DNA of 64,000 nt from Candidatus Sulfomarinibacteraceae bacterium (GTDB lineage Bacteria > Acidobacteriota > Thermoanaerobaculia > Thermoanaerobaculales > Sulfomarinibacteraceae): the NCBI GenBank assembly GCA_963733915.1, contig CAVTEP010000011.1, forward strand, positions 106,388 to 170,387, written 5' to 3'. Positions 50,336 to 60,078 of this stretch are shown one piece after another. Within the stretch, counting starts at the first letter, position 1; each line of letters opens with the position of its first letter. The notes beneath the pieces are model-generated. The model was not told the DNA's origin and made no database searches. It saw only the letters and a program-made list of their open reading frames with translations. The translations under genes were made by a program, and so were the position numbers.

Positions 50336-51193
50336 CTACCCGGGACGGCTCATCCTCACGATCCGGTCGGTGACGTCGTCCTTCATGTTGCGTAACAGGC
50401 CCAGGGTGTAATCTCCGACGTTGAGTGTCGGGTCCTGGACCAGCGGCGTCAGATCCATGGCAAAGCTCAGCCGCTGGTACTTGTCGACCTCGTGAGACTC
50501 GTTGAAAGTCGCGTTGGACAGGTAACGACCCTCGATCGCCAGGTCATACCGTTTGCCGCCTGTGATCTGTGAGTCATAGACCCCACACAACGCCTCGGCG
50601 ATGTTGGCGCGGTCGTACAGCCGCAACAGCTGCTTGTCCCCGTCTGACAGCCAGTCGAGGCCCCGCCACACCTCGCATCCGTAGACCTTGGTGGGGCGCT
50701 TGTCTGCCGGCAGTTTTCTCAGGGCGGCGATCGCCCGCAGGCAGCAGGCGACATGGGTGTCGTGCTTGTCCGCCGGATTGTGCAGGTAAACAACCTCGGG
50801 GGTCGCGCCCTCGAAAATCGCTTGCAGATAGATGGCGACGTCATCCCGCGATGCGTCCTTGACGACCGCGCTCGGGAAGCCAAGCTGGATCTGGCAGGCG
50901 TAATCGCCGACGAGCGCCGCCTTGCGCTGCTCCGAGACCCGCACCTTCCGCATCTGCTCGTCCGTGTACTTCTCGTAGGCGCCGCTGCGGGCGCTGCCGG
51001 CGCCGTCCGTGACGGTGACACCACTGAACCAACGGTCACCCTGATGGAAACACTGGAGAATGCCATGGAGGGCCATCAGCTCGATATCGTCCTGGTGCGC
51101 CCCCACCGCGAGGTGGGTCGTTTTTGCGAGCGCCTCCGCGACGGTAGAACCGTCCTGGACATAGACATCGGCGTCAGGGTTTTTCAGCTGCAT
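50336..51193 (-). CDS. PIG-L/LmbE-family deacetylase
   Basis: AHQDDIE, R..EQ..AA, HNPADKHDTH. Confidence 0.85.
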   Translation of the reverse strand: MQLKNPDADVYVQDGSTVAEALAKTTHLAVGAHQDDIELMALHGILQCFHQGDRWFSGVTVTDGAGSARSGAYEKYTDEQMRKVRVSEQRKAALVGDYACQIQLGFPSAVVKDASRDDVAIYLQAIFEGATPEVVYLHNPADKHDTHVACCLRAIAALRKLPADKRPTKVYGCEVWRGLDWLSDGDKQLLRLYDRANIAEALCGVYDSQITGGKRYDLAIEGRYLSNATFNESHEVDKYQRLSFAMDLTPLVQDPTLNVGDYTLGLLRNMKDDVTDRIVRMSRPG

Positions 51194-51284
51194 CGTCGGC
51201 TCCCCCCGCGGACCGGGCACTACTCTCGGCATCCGGCGGGCGTTTTCCAACCTCCATCATAACGTGGGCTTGGCCGACGGCAGG

Positions 51285-53054
51285 CTAGCCGCCGCTCTCC
51301 CGCCAGATCCCGGGAACCACCCGGGCCAACCCGAGCCCGGACGCGACGGCGACCGCGAGGCAAACAGCGCCCTGGGTGGGTTGGCCGTGGAGCAGGGCTC
51401 CGGTGCCGAACAGCGCGGAATACACGAATGTACAGCCGAAGACCCAGCCCAGAAAAGCCAGAGAAAGGCTGTCGCGCGGCCCTCCGGTCTCGTCGGGACC
51501 TACCACCCTCGCCCAGCCTCGCCCGGCGGGCCGGACCTTGCGATAGAAACGGAGCAGGGTCTCGGTGTCGGTCGGTCTGGTCGCGAAGGTGACCACAAGC
51601 CAGACGATGGTCGTCAAAACGACGGACCACACCAGGGCTGCGTGGGAGGAGAGCTCCAGACCGGATTTGCGGGCCGCAAATAATCCCAACGCGATGGTGA
51701 ATGAGGAGGCCATGGCCGCGATCTCGGACCACGCATTGATTCGCCACCAGAACCAGCGCAGGAGATAGAGGAGGCCGGTACCGGCGCCGATGGAGAGCAG
51801 CAACTGGAACGCCTCGCCGGCGGTCGAGAGCAGGAAGACCGTGGCCCCGGAAACGACCATCAGCACCGCGGTCATCGCCCGCGACAACCAAACCAGACGG
51901 CGTTCGGAAGCGTCCGGCGCGAGGAAGCGCCGATACAGATCGTGCACCAGGTAGGAACAGCCCCAGTTGAGGTGGGTGGACATGGTCGAGACGTAGGCCG
52001 ACAACAGCGATGCCACCAGCAGGCCGAGCAATCCGGCCGGCAGCAGGGTCAGCATCGCGGGGTAGGCGAGGTCGTTTCCGATGAGATCGTCGGACACGTG
52101 CGGCAACGCCGTCTTGATGTCGCCGAGAGTCGGAAAGACCAACAGCGAGCAGAGGGCGACGATGATCCACGGCCACGGCCGCAGGGCGTAGTGGGCGATG
52201 TTGAACCAAAGGGTGGCCGCCATGGCGTTCTTCTCGTCCTTGGCGGCCAGCATCCGCTGGGCGATGTAGCTGCCCCCGCCGGGTTCGGCGCCCGGATACC
52301 AGACGGACCACCACTGGATGGTGAGGGGGATGATCAGAACCGACAGCGTCAACCCCCAGTTCGAAAAATCGGGCAGCAGCCGCAGGGTCGCAGGATCGAT
52401 CTTTGCGACCAGACCCGAAAGACCGCCGACGGCGGGTTGCGACAGCGCCACGGAGGCGGCGACGACGACGCCGATCATGGCAATCACGAACTGCACCATG
52501 TCTGAGACAAGCACCCCCCACAGCCCGGATATAGCCGAGAAAACGATGCAAATCAGGCCGCAGACGATCACCGTCTGCAGCCGGCTCCAACCGAGCATCA
52601 CATTGGCTATCTTCGCCGCCGCCAGGGTCACCGAGGCCATGATCGCGCAGTTGAAGAAGAGTCCCAGGTAGACGGCGCGAAAACCGCGGACGAAGGCTGC
52701 CGAGCGTCCCGAGTAGCGCAGCTCATAGAACTCGAGATCTGTGAGCACCCCCGATCGCCGCCACATGCGGGCGTAGAAGAACACGGTCAGCATGCCGGTC
52801 AGAAGGAACGCCCACCACGCCCAGTTTTGGGAAACCCCACCGCTGCGGACGAAATCGGTGACCAGGTTCGGGGTGTCGGTCGAAAAGGTCGTAGCCACCA
52901 TCGAGGTGCCGATCAGCCACCACGGGGCAGCGCGTCCCGAGGCGAAGAACTCGTCGGTTCCGGTACCGGCCCGGCGGGCAAAGAAGACGGCCGGCGCAAA
53001 GGCCGCCGTGAGACAGATGGCGATCACGATCCAGTCGATCGAGGCAAGCTGCAT
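51285..53054 (-). CDS. Sodium:solute symporter (sugar-type)
   Basis: GTSMVATTFSTDTP, WYPGAEPGGGSY.AQRM, STMSTHLNWG.SY. Confidence 0.9.
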   Translation of the reverse strand: MQLASIDWIVIAICLTAAFAPAVFFARRAGTGTDEFFASGRAAPWWLIGTSMVATTFSTDTPNLVTDFVRSGGVSQNWAWWAFLLTGMLTVFFYARMWRRSGVLTDLEFYELRYSGRSAAFVRGFRAVYLGLFFNCAIMASVTLAAAKIANVMLGWSRLQTVIVCGLICIVFSAISGLWGVLVSDMVQFVIAMIGVVVAASVALSQPAVGGLSGLVAKIDPATLRLLPDFSNWGLTLSVLIIPLTIQWWSVWYPGAEPGGGSYIAQRMLAAKDEKNAMAATLWFNIAHYALRPWPWIIVALCSLLVFPTLGDIKTALPHVSDDLIGNDLAYPAMLTLLPAGLLGLLVASLLSAYVSTMSTHLNWGCSYLVHDLYRRFLAPDASERRLVWLSRAMTAVLMVVSGATVFLLSTAGEAFQLLLSIGAGTGLLYLLRWFWWRINAWSEIAAMASSFTIALGLFAARKSGLELSSHAALVWSVVLTTIVWLVVTFATRPTDTETLLRFYRKVRPAGRGWARVVGPDETGGPRDSLSLAFLGWVFGCTFVYSALFGTGALLHGQPTQGAVCLAVAVASGLGLARVVPGIWRESGG

Positions 53055-53192
53055 TCGGGTAATCCTTCCTGGTGCAGATTCTACGACGGGTAGCGCCGGT
53101 GCGCGGGGTGGGTGAGAATGGTCATGCAGAGAACGGGGCAAGGTGTGCATCGCAGCTGGAGTGGCAGTGAGCACAGGGGCGCGGGAGGACAC

Positions 53193-54275
53193 GTGAAAAC
53201 ACAGTTCATTCTGATTGTGTGTGTGAGTTCAGTCGTGATGATGTTCTGTCCCCAAGCGATTGCGGAGGAAGCCCGGGATGGCGGCGGGGACTGGTGGAAC
53301 ATTCCCTACCCCGAGCCGTTCGACTCGTCGCAACTCGAATCCGGTCTGGGTTTCATCCACGTCGACGGCAACCGCTTTGTCGACGAGGCCGGCAACATCC
53401 GGACTTTTCACGGCGTCAACGTCTCTGATCCCGACAAGCTGGAGAAGGACGGCCGCTGGAGCAAGGCATATTTTCAGGTGATCAAGGATTGGGGCGCGGA
53501 CATCGTTCGCGTGCCGGTTCACCCCATCGCGTGGAGGGGGCGCGGCAAGGCGGCCTACTTCGAGCTCCTCGACCAGGCGGTGACCTGGGCCTCCGAGCTC
53601 GACCTCTACCTCATCATCGAATGGCACTCCATCGGCAACCTCGCGACCGGAGTGTTCCAGCATCCGATGTACGACACCACGGAACAAGAAACCTACAACT
53701 TCTGGCGTGACGTCTCCTACCGCTACGCGGGCATCCCGGTCGTGGCGATTTACGAGATTTTCAACGAACCCACCATGTACCGCGGCCAGCTCGGCCACAT
53801 CACCTGGTCTGAGTGGAGGGAGATCAACGAGCAGATCATCGGCATCATCTTCGCCCACGACCCCAGGGTCATCCCCTTGGTGGCCGGCTTCGACTGGGCC
53901 TACGAGCTCCGGCAGATCCGCGAGTACCCGATCCGCCTGGCGGGGATCGGCTACGTCAGCCACCCCTATCCTATGAAGGCGCCACAAACGTGGGAGGAGA
54001 ATTGGGAGCGGGATTTCGGCTACGTGGCCGACACCTACCCGGTTTTCGCCACCGAGATCGGCTTCACCGCGGCGGACGACCCCGGCGCCCAGGCTCCATT
54101 CATCGGTGATGAGGAGTACGGCCGCCGAGTCCTGGCATATCTCGAAGCGAAAGGCATCTCCTGGGTGGCATGTTGTTTCGACCCCGACCAAGCGCCGCAA
54201 CTGATCTCCGACTGGGACTACACACCGACGACCCAGGGCTCGTTCTTCCGCGCATGCATGTTGGGGGAGGACTGA
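53193..54275 (+). CDS. GH5 glycoside hydrolase (cellulase-like), secreted
   Basis: VRVP, IEWH, FNEP (acid/base), HPY, TEIG (nucleophile). Confidence 0.88.
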   Translation: MKTQFILIVCVSSVVMMFCPQAIAEEARDGGGDWWNIPYPEPFDSSQLESGLGFIHVDGNRFVDEAGNIRTFHGVNVSDPDKLEKDGRWSKAYFQVIKDWGADIVRVPVHPIAWRGRGKAAYFELLDQAVTWASELDLYLIIEWHSIGNLATGVFQHPMYDTTEQETYNFWRDVSYRYAGIPVVAIYEIFNEPTMYRGQLGHITWSEWREINEQIIGIIFAHDPRVIPLVAGFDWAYELRQIREYPIRLAGIGYVSHPYPMKAPQTWEENWERDFGYVADTYPVFATEIGFTAADDPGAQAPFIGDEEYGRRVLAYLEAKGISWVACCFDPDQAPQLISDWDYTPTTQGSFFRACMLGED

Positions 54276-54291
54276 GGGATCCACGAATTGT

Positions 54292-54459
54292 CTAACGTTG
54301 ATTGGCCGCGACCTGAGCACTATCTCCATTTTCCTGGTGACGCTGCCGATCTACCTCGTGTTCATGTGTTGGGCGCGGGTCGCGGTATCTGCCACAATCG
54401 TGGCCGGGATGATGATCCTCCACAGGGAAAACTGCTGCGACACGCTGGTGACGGCGTGA
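54292..54459 (+). pseudogene. Probable remnant of the 3' end of an SSS symporter gene
   Basis: Frame without a convincing start reads LVTLPIYLVF..W...ILHRENCCDTL; its TGA overlaps the next GTG. Confidence 0.4.
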
Positions 54460-56324
54460 GACTCCGCGGTCTTCGCTTGGCGCCGCTGACCGCGGCCATG
54501 GCAACGGCGGCAACCGTTCTCCTGGCGTCGTGCGCACCGGCGCCCGCTCCGGTGGTTCAGCAGACGTCGGCGTTTGTCACCGTTCGCGGAGACCGTCTCT
54601 TTGAAGGCAAGGAGGAATTTCGTTTCCTTTCATTCAGCGTCCCCAACCTCCACTACATCGAGGACGATCTTCGTTTCGCACAGGCGATGCCGTTCCGATG
54701 GCCGATCGAGTACGAGGTTCGTGACGCCCTCGATTCGATCCGCCAGATGGGCGGCCGCGTGGTCAGGATCGGTGCGTTGTCGGTCCGCAAGGCGGACGAT
54801 CCCGCCGACCTGCCGCGTCACGTCCTCGGACCGGTGCAGTTCGACGACCATGCCTTCGAGACTCTCGACATGGTGCTCGAGGTGGCACGCGCCAAGGGCG
54901 TGCGCCTCATTATCCCGCTGGTTGACAACTGGTCGCGGTGGGGCGGCGTGACCGAGTACGCCGCATTCAGGGGCAAACCACCGAGCGCGTTCTGGTCGGA
55001 CCCGCAAGTGATGGACGATTACAAACAAACGGTGAGGTTCGTGCTCGAGCGCGTCAACACCCGCAACCAGGTGCCCTACAGGGACGACCCGACCATCCTC
55101 GCCTGGGAGACCGGCAATGAGCTCCACTGCCCGCAACGCTGGACTTCCGAGATCGCCGCCTATATGAAGGAGCTCGATCCCAACCACCTCGTGATCGACG
55201 GACGCCACGAGCAGGTGCTGCTGCAAAGTTCGCTCGACGACCCCAACGTCGATGTGCTCCAGACCCACCACTACGAGAGCGACCCGCGCGAAATGATCGC
55301 CAACATCCGCCAGAGCGCAGCCGTGGCGCGAGGTCACAGGCCGTACATTTTGGGCGAGTTCGGGTTCCTGACCACGGCCGGAATGACGGCGGTGATGGAC
55401 ACCATCATCGACGAGGGCCTGGCGGGTGGCTTTGTGAGGTCACTACGATTCCACGACCGCGACGGCGGCTTTTACTGGCACTCCGAAACACACGGCGGCG
55501 ATTCCTTCAAGGCCTACCACTGGCCGGGCTTCGCCAGTGGTGAGGCATACGACGAGACCCGCTTGCTGCGCGAGGTCCGCCGCCGCGCCTTCGCAGTCCG
55601 CGGAATTCGCGACCCGGAGCGCGGCGCCCCGGCTGCACCGGCCGTCATAGAGGTCGGTTCCGGGGGTCTCGTGAGCTGGCGCGGTTCGGCGGGCGCGGGC
55701 GCCTATGACATTCAACGGACGGAGTCGCTGGAAGAGGCGTGGCGGACTGTCGCCACCGGCGTGTCTGACGCCGCCGCGCAGTACCGGCCGCAATACTCCG
55801 ACCAGTCGGTGGTTCCCGGAAGACGCTACTGGTACCGGGTGATCGCGCGCAACGATGCCGGGCGATCAGCGCCGTCGGAAGCTTTTGGACCGGTGACGAT
55901 GACCCACCGCACCCTGGTCGACGAGCTCTGGAATGGCTCACGGGTTTTTTTCTCCGCCGGTTCGCTTCAGTTTCGGAGCGACCAGGCGCACCGCTTCAAG
56001 GAGGATGCACACGGCCTGACGGGTACGAGGGGGGCCGCCGCCGTGTACCGGACGGACGGGCCGATCATCGGCGGCCGGGTGTGGGCATTCGCGGAAACCA
56101 ACGGTGACCACCTGAGGTTCAGCGTCTCCGGCGACGGCGAGAATTTTGCTCGTTTTGATCCGCACGTGGAGAGCCTTGGCTCGGCGGACACCGACACCTT
56201 TGGTTACTGGCTGCCGATCCGCTACCGGTTGGACGATCCGCCATTTGGAGTGCGGTACCTGCGGTTGGAGTTCAAGGGTGCTCCGGTGCGCGTGGCGCGA
56301 ATCGAGCTCGATTACGGCGAGTAG
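54456..56324 (+). CDS. GH5 beta-mannanase-like lipoprotein with an FN3-like domain; start uncertain
   Basis: LLASC lipobox; PNLHYIED, ILAWETGNE, THHY, GEFG; YWYRVIARN. Confidence 0.85.
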   Translation: MRLRGLRLAPLTAAMATAATVLLASCAPAPAPVVQQTSAFVTVRGDRLFEGKEEFRFLSFSVPNLHYIEDDLRFAQAMPFRWPIEYEVRDALDSIRQMGGRVVRIGALSVRKADDPADLPRHVLGPVQFDDHAFETLDMVLEVARAKGVRLIIPLVDNWSRWGGVTEYAAFRGKPPSAFWSDPQVMDDYKQTVRFVLERVNTRNQVPYRDDPTILAWETGNELHCPQRWTSEIAAYMKELDPNHLVIDGRHEQVLLQSSLDDPNVDVLQTHHYESDPREMIANIRQSAAVARGHRPYILGEFGFLTTAGMTAVMDTIIDEGLAGGFVRSLRFHDRDGGFYWHSETHGGDSFKAYHWPGFASGEAYDETRLLREVRRRAFAVRGIRDPERGAPAAPAVIEVGSGGLVSWRGSAGAGAYDIQRTESLEEAWRTVATGVSDAAAQYRPQYSDQSVVPGRRYWYRVIARNDAGRSAPSEAFGPVTMTHRTLVDELWNGSRVFFSAGSLQFRSDQAHRFKEDAHGLTGTRGAAAVYRTDGPIIGGRVWAFAETNGDHLRFSVSGDGENFARFDPHVESLGSADTDTFGYWLPIRYRLDDPPFGVRYLRLEFKGAPVRVARIELDYGE

Positions 56325-56596
56325 GTGAAGACGGACGTCGCCACCCTTCGTGTCGAGATCCAGTCGGAGCGCAGAGACGCCCTCCAGCACGGCGAGCCCA
56401 GGTCCATCGTCAACGGGATTTCCATCCGCGTCACCCTTGCACCCGACGCCGGCACCGCTTCGGCTGTCAGAGTGGAGGGCAAGACGGAGGGTTCAGATAT
56501 TCAAGATCCCGACCTTCGAAGGCCGGGCCGGCACCATGTACAATCGCGCAACATCATGTTGTCGTCGCGATCTGAATTCGGCGGGGGGCTTGGGTA

Positions 56597-58213
56597 GTGA
56601 TCGAGCCTGCCGGGATTACCGTGGTTTTCACCCCTCTCGACTGGGTGTGGGTCATCGTGCTCATCACCGTCATGATCGTCTGCGGCGTCATCTTCTACCG
56701 CCTCGGCAAACGGTCGGAAGCCGACTTCTTTCTCGCCGGACGCGGGCTTCCGTGGTGGCTGCCGGCAACCTCGGTATACGCCACCCACACCGCCACCGAC
56801 ACCCCGATGTGGATCTGCGGCACGATCTACAAGTGGGGCATGCGCGGGATCTGGTTTCCCTTCTTCACCGCCTGGACCGCCATCTCCGCCTTCGTCTCGA
56901 CCCGTATCTTCCGCCGTAGCCTCGCCATGAGCCAGGCGGAGTGGCAAACCCTCCGCTACTCCGGTCTCGGCGCCGAGCTGCTGCGCGGCTGGCTGGCCGG
57001 GTGGCAGACCTTTATGAATATGTTTGTCCTCGCCTGGGTGTCTGCCGCCATGGGCAAAATTTGCACCTACCTCTTCGCGTGGCCAAACTGGATCGGCGTC
57101 GTCCTCTTCACCTCGATCTGCGCGGTCTACGTGCTGGCGGCCGGCTACTGGGGAGTGATCATGGCCGACTTCCAGCAGGGCGTCATCAGCTTCCTGGTAA
57201 TCACCCTGGTGTCGTTCTGGGGCATTTCGGTGGCCGGCGGGCCGTCGGCCATCGTCGCCCGCATCGGCGAGCTCGGCGAGAGCTGGCGGTTGAACCCGTT
57301 TCATTTCGACGGCTTCTGGGGCCTCGACCCCAACGGGTTCTACACCGCGGACTTCCTGACCCTGCTGGTGATGGCGACCCTCGGCGGTATCGGCATGGGC
57401 AACTTCATCGATTGGTATCCAGAAGCGCAACGGATCCAGTCGGCCCGCACCATCCGCGACGCCAGCTACTCGATCTGGGCGGGCGGTTTCGTGACCCTGA
57501 TCAGGAACAGCGTATGGGCGGTCGCCATCCTCGCCTTCTTCGTCATGTACCCCGCCATCGGCTCCGAGGCCCAGTATGAGATGGGCTGGTTTCGCCTCGG
57601 CTTCGAGCACCTGCCGGCGGGCATGGTCGGCATCTTTTTCGCCGGCATCATCGCCATCCACCTGTCAACGATCTCGACCCACCTCAACCTGGGCGCTCTT
57701 TACGCCACGCGCGACCTTTACCATCACTATGTCAACCCAGAGGCGTCCGAGGAGAAGCTGGTCAGGGTCGGGCGGTTCAACACCTTGCTCCTGCTCCTGG
57801 GCTCGTTTCTGCTCGGCCTGACGATGCAATCGATCACCTCGTGGTTGATCTTCGCCCTCTGGCTGCAGGCGGCGGGGATCTGGATCCCCTCCATCCTGCA
57901 GGTGATCTGGTGGCGCTTCAACTCATGGGCCTACCTCTCGAGCTGGATCGCGAACCTGGTGATGAGCTGGCTCGTGGTCTGGGTCCTGCCGGAGCTCGGG
58001 GTGCTCCCCGAGCTTCCGAACTGGCTCAACTTCTGGCTCCTGGCGGCGCTGGTGTCGCTGGTCTACCTGCCGGTCACCTTCATGACAGAGCCCGACGACC
58101 GCGAGCACCTGATCCGCTACTACGTGCAGGCGCGACCGCTCGGTTTCTGGGACCCGATCCGGAAGGAGGCCGAACGCCGCGGGCTCCTGGTCACGGAAGG
58201 AGGCGCTCGATGA
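56597..58213 (+). CDS. Sodium:solute symporter (sugar-type)
   Basis: FFLAGRGLPWW, ATDTP, AQRI, STISTHLN.GA, WWRFNSW. Confidence 0.9.
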   Translation: MIEPAGITVVFTPLDWVWVIVLITVMIVCGVIFYRLGKRSEADFFLAGRGLPWWLPATSVYATHTATDTPMWICGTIYKWGMRGIWFPFFTAWTAISAFVSTRIFRRSLAMSQAEWQTLRYSGLGAELLRGWLAGWQTFMNMFVLAWVSAAMGKICTYLFAWPNWIGVVLFTSICAVYVLAAGYWGVIMADFQQGVISFLVITLVSFWGISVAGGPSAIVARIGELGESWRLNPFHFDGFWGLDPNGFYTADFLTLLVMATLGGIGMGNFIDWYPEAQRIQSARTIRDASYSIWAGGFVTLIRNSVWAVAILAFFVMYPAIGSEAQYEMGWFRLGFEHLPAGMVGIFFAGIIAIHLSTISTHLNLGALYATRDLYHHYVNPEASEEKLVRVGRFNTLLLLLGSFLLGLTMQSITSWLIFALWLQAAGIWIPSILQVIWWRFNSWAYLSSWIANLVMSWLVVWVLPELGVLPELPNWLNFWLLAALVSLVYLPVTFMTEPDDREHLIRYYVQARPLGFWDPIRKEAERRGLLVTEGGAR

Positions 58214-58497
58214 GCTTTTTCAGGAGGGTCTGGACAGGTGACGAAGCGGACCACTGGACCTGGCACGACCTCGCGGCCTGCGTCTTCGGGGTGCTCGCCT
58301 TCATCTTCGTGACGGTCGGGGTCGCGGGCGCGCTGTTGCTGCGAACCTGGGGGTTCATCACCCTCGCGCTCGCAGCCATCTTCACCTGGCTCACCTTCCG
58401 GGTGATCGACCCCAAGCTGCGGGCCCTGTCGGATGCCTTCGAGGCCAAACAGGCGGGATACCTGGAGGCGGTCGAAAAACAGAACCGGTGGGAGTGA
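58210..58497 (+). CDS. Small two-TM membrane protein
   Basis: ATGA coupling to the symporter, GGAGG RBS, two hydrophobic helices. Confidence 0.75.
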   Translation: MSFFRRVWTGDEADHWTWHDLAACVFGVLAFIFVTVGVAGALLLRTWGFITLALAAIFTWLTFRVIDPKLRALSDAFEAKQAGYLEAVEKQNRWE

Positions 58498-58501
58498 CGA
58501 T

Positions 58502-58867
58502 ATGGAGATGAGCGCTGCCGCCGGCAAGATCCTCGGCATGATCATGGCGTACGCCGTCAGCTCGCTCGGGCTCCTCCTCGCCTATATCAACTACCGCAAA
58601 CGGATCCTCAAGGCCGAGAACCTTTTGAGCGCCAGGGCGAAGGCGGTGATCGTCGGCGTCATCACGGTGGCCGTGGTGGGCGCCGTGTTGACCGCCGCCG
58701 TGGCCAGCAGCGACGCGCCGGGTGGCCTGTGGGGAGCCGTCGCGGCCAATCCGCTCGGCTTGTTGCTGCCGATTCTGATCGTCTTGGTGTCCGTCGTTTT
58801 GACCTGGCTGCTGTATCGACACTTCGCGAAGCAGCTGTCAGCAACTTCTTCGGAGCACGAGGATTGA
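58502..58867 (+). CDS. Small three-TM membrane protein
   Basis: Starts 4 bp after the previous stop; hydrophobic helices. Confidence 0.7.
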   Translation: MEMSAAAGKILGMIMAYAVSSLGLLLAYINYRKRILKAENLLSARAKAVIVGVITVAVVGAVLTAAVASSDAPGGLWGAVAANPLGLLLPILIVLVSVVLTWLLYRHFAKQLSATSSEHED

Positions 58868-60054
58868 TATCTCATCGTTTCCGACGTTGAAGATTCCAAC
58901 GATTCCCCGCCCACCACTCTTCGTATCACTGCGGCCTTATCGGGATCGGCCTCGATGTGGTCCCACGATCTGAGGACCACACCCGCCGACGGTGGCTCGA
59001 GGGCGGCGCGCAGGCAGGCCTCGAACTCCGTGTTCGAAAAAATCTCACCCTCACGATAGGCCGCCCCCACCTGGATGCTCGGCAACACCGGGCAATCGGC
59101 CACCCAGCTCACGTCCTGCACCACCGACGCGATCCACTCGGGCGGCCGGTGGAGCGTGAAAGAGTAGGCCAACGGCGATAGGTAATCGGCCGTCGCGCTC
59201 AAGGCCGACCAGTCCTGGGCCGCGACGCGGAGGTTGGCGCCGGCGAAATCGTCGCGCCTCCAGGGCACGAGATTGATGACCACGAGGATGTCCCGATCGA
59301 CCGATCGCACTCCTTCGACGATCTCCCGTGCCATCGAGGTGATGGTCTCGTTTTTGAAGCGCACCCACTCTTGGGCGGCGTTGGCCCGTATCCAGGCGGC
59401 CGCCCGCGCGGTCTGCGGAGGAATCGAAAAGGCCGGTACTCCGAGATACACCGCAAACGCTTGCAGGCAGTGGACGCAATAGCAGGTGTCCGGCAGGGTC
59501 ATCGGGTCGCGGTCCGGCCCTACCATCTCCCAGAACACGAAGTCGCGGATGAAGTCGATGCTGATCCCCTCGGGACGCAAGCGCCTGACGATCCCCCTCG
59601 CCTCCTGGACCCGCCGCTTGCGGAAATCGATCCTGGACGGGCAGGCGAACTCCACCCAGTCCTCCTTCGCCCTCTCGCCGGCCGACGTGATCGCCCAGAG
59701 GTTGGGGTCTTCGGCCAGCTCCTGCGGCGCGAAGAAAACCGGAAAGTTGATGAACAGACCGGTGCCGTTGCGTTCGGCGAGGGCCCTGAAACCTCCGGAT
59801 GACGCCAGCTTTTCGTCGGCGAAGACGGTGTCGATCCCGAGATCCTGCAATTCGTCGAACAACGGCTGGAGTGGGCGGCCGGTCTCGTGGATCTTGACGC
59901 CGACGACCCGGCGTCCGCCCACCGCCTGCTTCCCGGCCGTTTCGGGTGTTTCGGGCGTTTTCGGCACGTCGGACGCTTTCGAGCAACCAAGCGGGACCGC
60001 CAGGCAGAGGAGAACGGCCGCGACCTCAAACCCACGCACCCTACACCACTTCAT
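58591..60054 (-). CDS. Putative glycoside hydrolase-like TIM-barrel lipoprotein
   Basis: PLGC lipobox; FACPS, GISIDFIR, DYLSPLAY resemble GHL10/GH27-clan-like proteins; C-terminus overlaps the convergent gene. Confidence 0.6.
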   Translation of the reverse strand: MKWCRVRGFEVAAVLLCLAVPLGCSKASDVPKTPETPETAGKQAVGGRRVVGVKIHETGRPLQPLFDELQDLGIDTVFADEKLASSGGFRALAERNGTGLFINFPVFFAPQELAEDPNLWAITSAGERAKEDWVEFACPSRIDFRKRRVQEARGIVRRLRPEGISIDFIRDFVFWEMVGPDRDPMTLPDTCYCVHCLQAFAVYLGVPAFSIPPQTARAAAWIRANAAQEWVRFKNETITSMAREIVEGVRSVDRDILVVINLVPWRRDDFAGANLRVAAQDWSALSATADYLSPLAYSFTLHRPPEWIASVVQDVSWVADCPVLPSIQVGAAYREGEIFSNTEFEACLRAALEPPSAGVVLRSWDHIEADPDKAAVIRRVVGGESLESSTSETMRYQSSCSEEVADSCFAKCRYSSQVKTTDTKTIRIGSNKPSGLAATAPHRPPGASLLATAAVNTAPTTATVMTPTITAFALALKRFSALRIRLR

Positions 60055-60078
60055 GACCTCATGTTATATCGGTGCCGG

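Noticed and set aside
56325..56597. 90-aa ORF between the mannanase and the symporter
   Set aside because: No RBS, no motifs, and it contains a probable promoter
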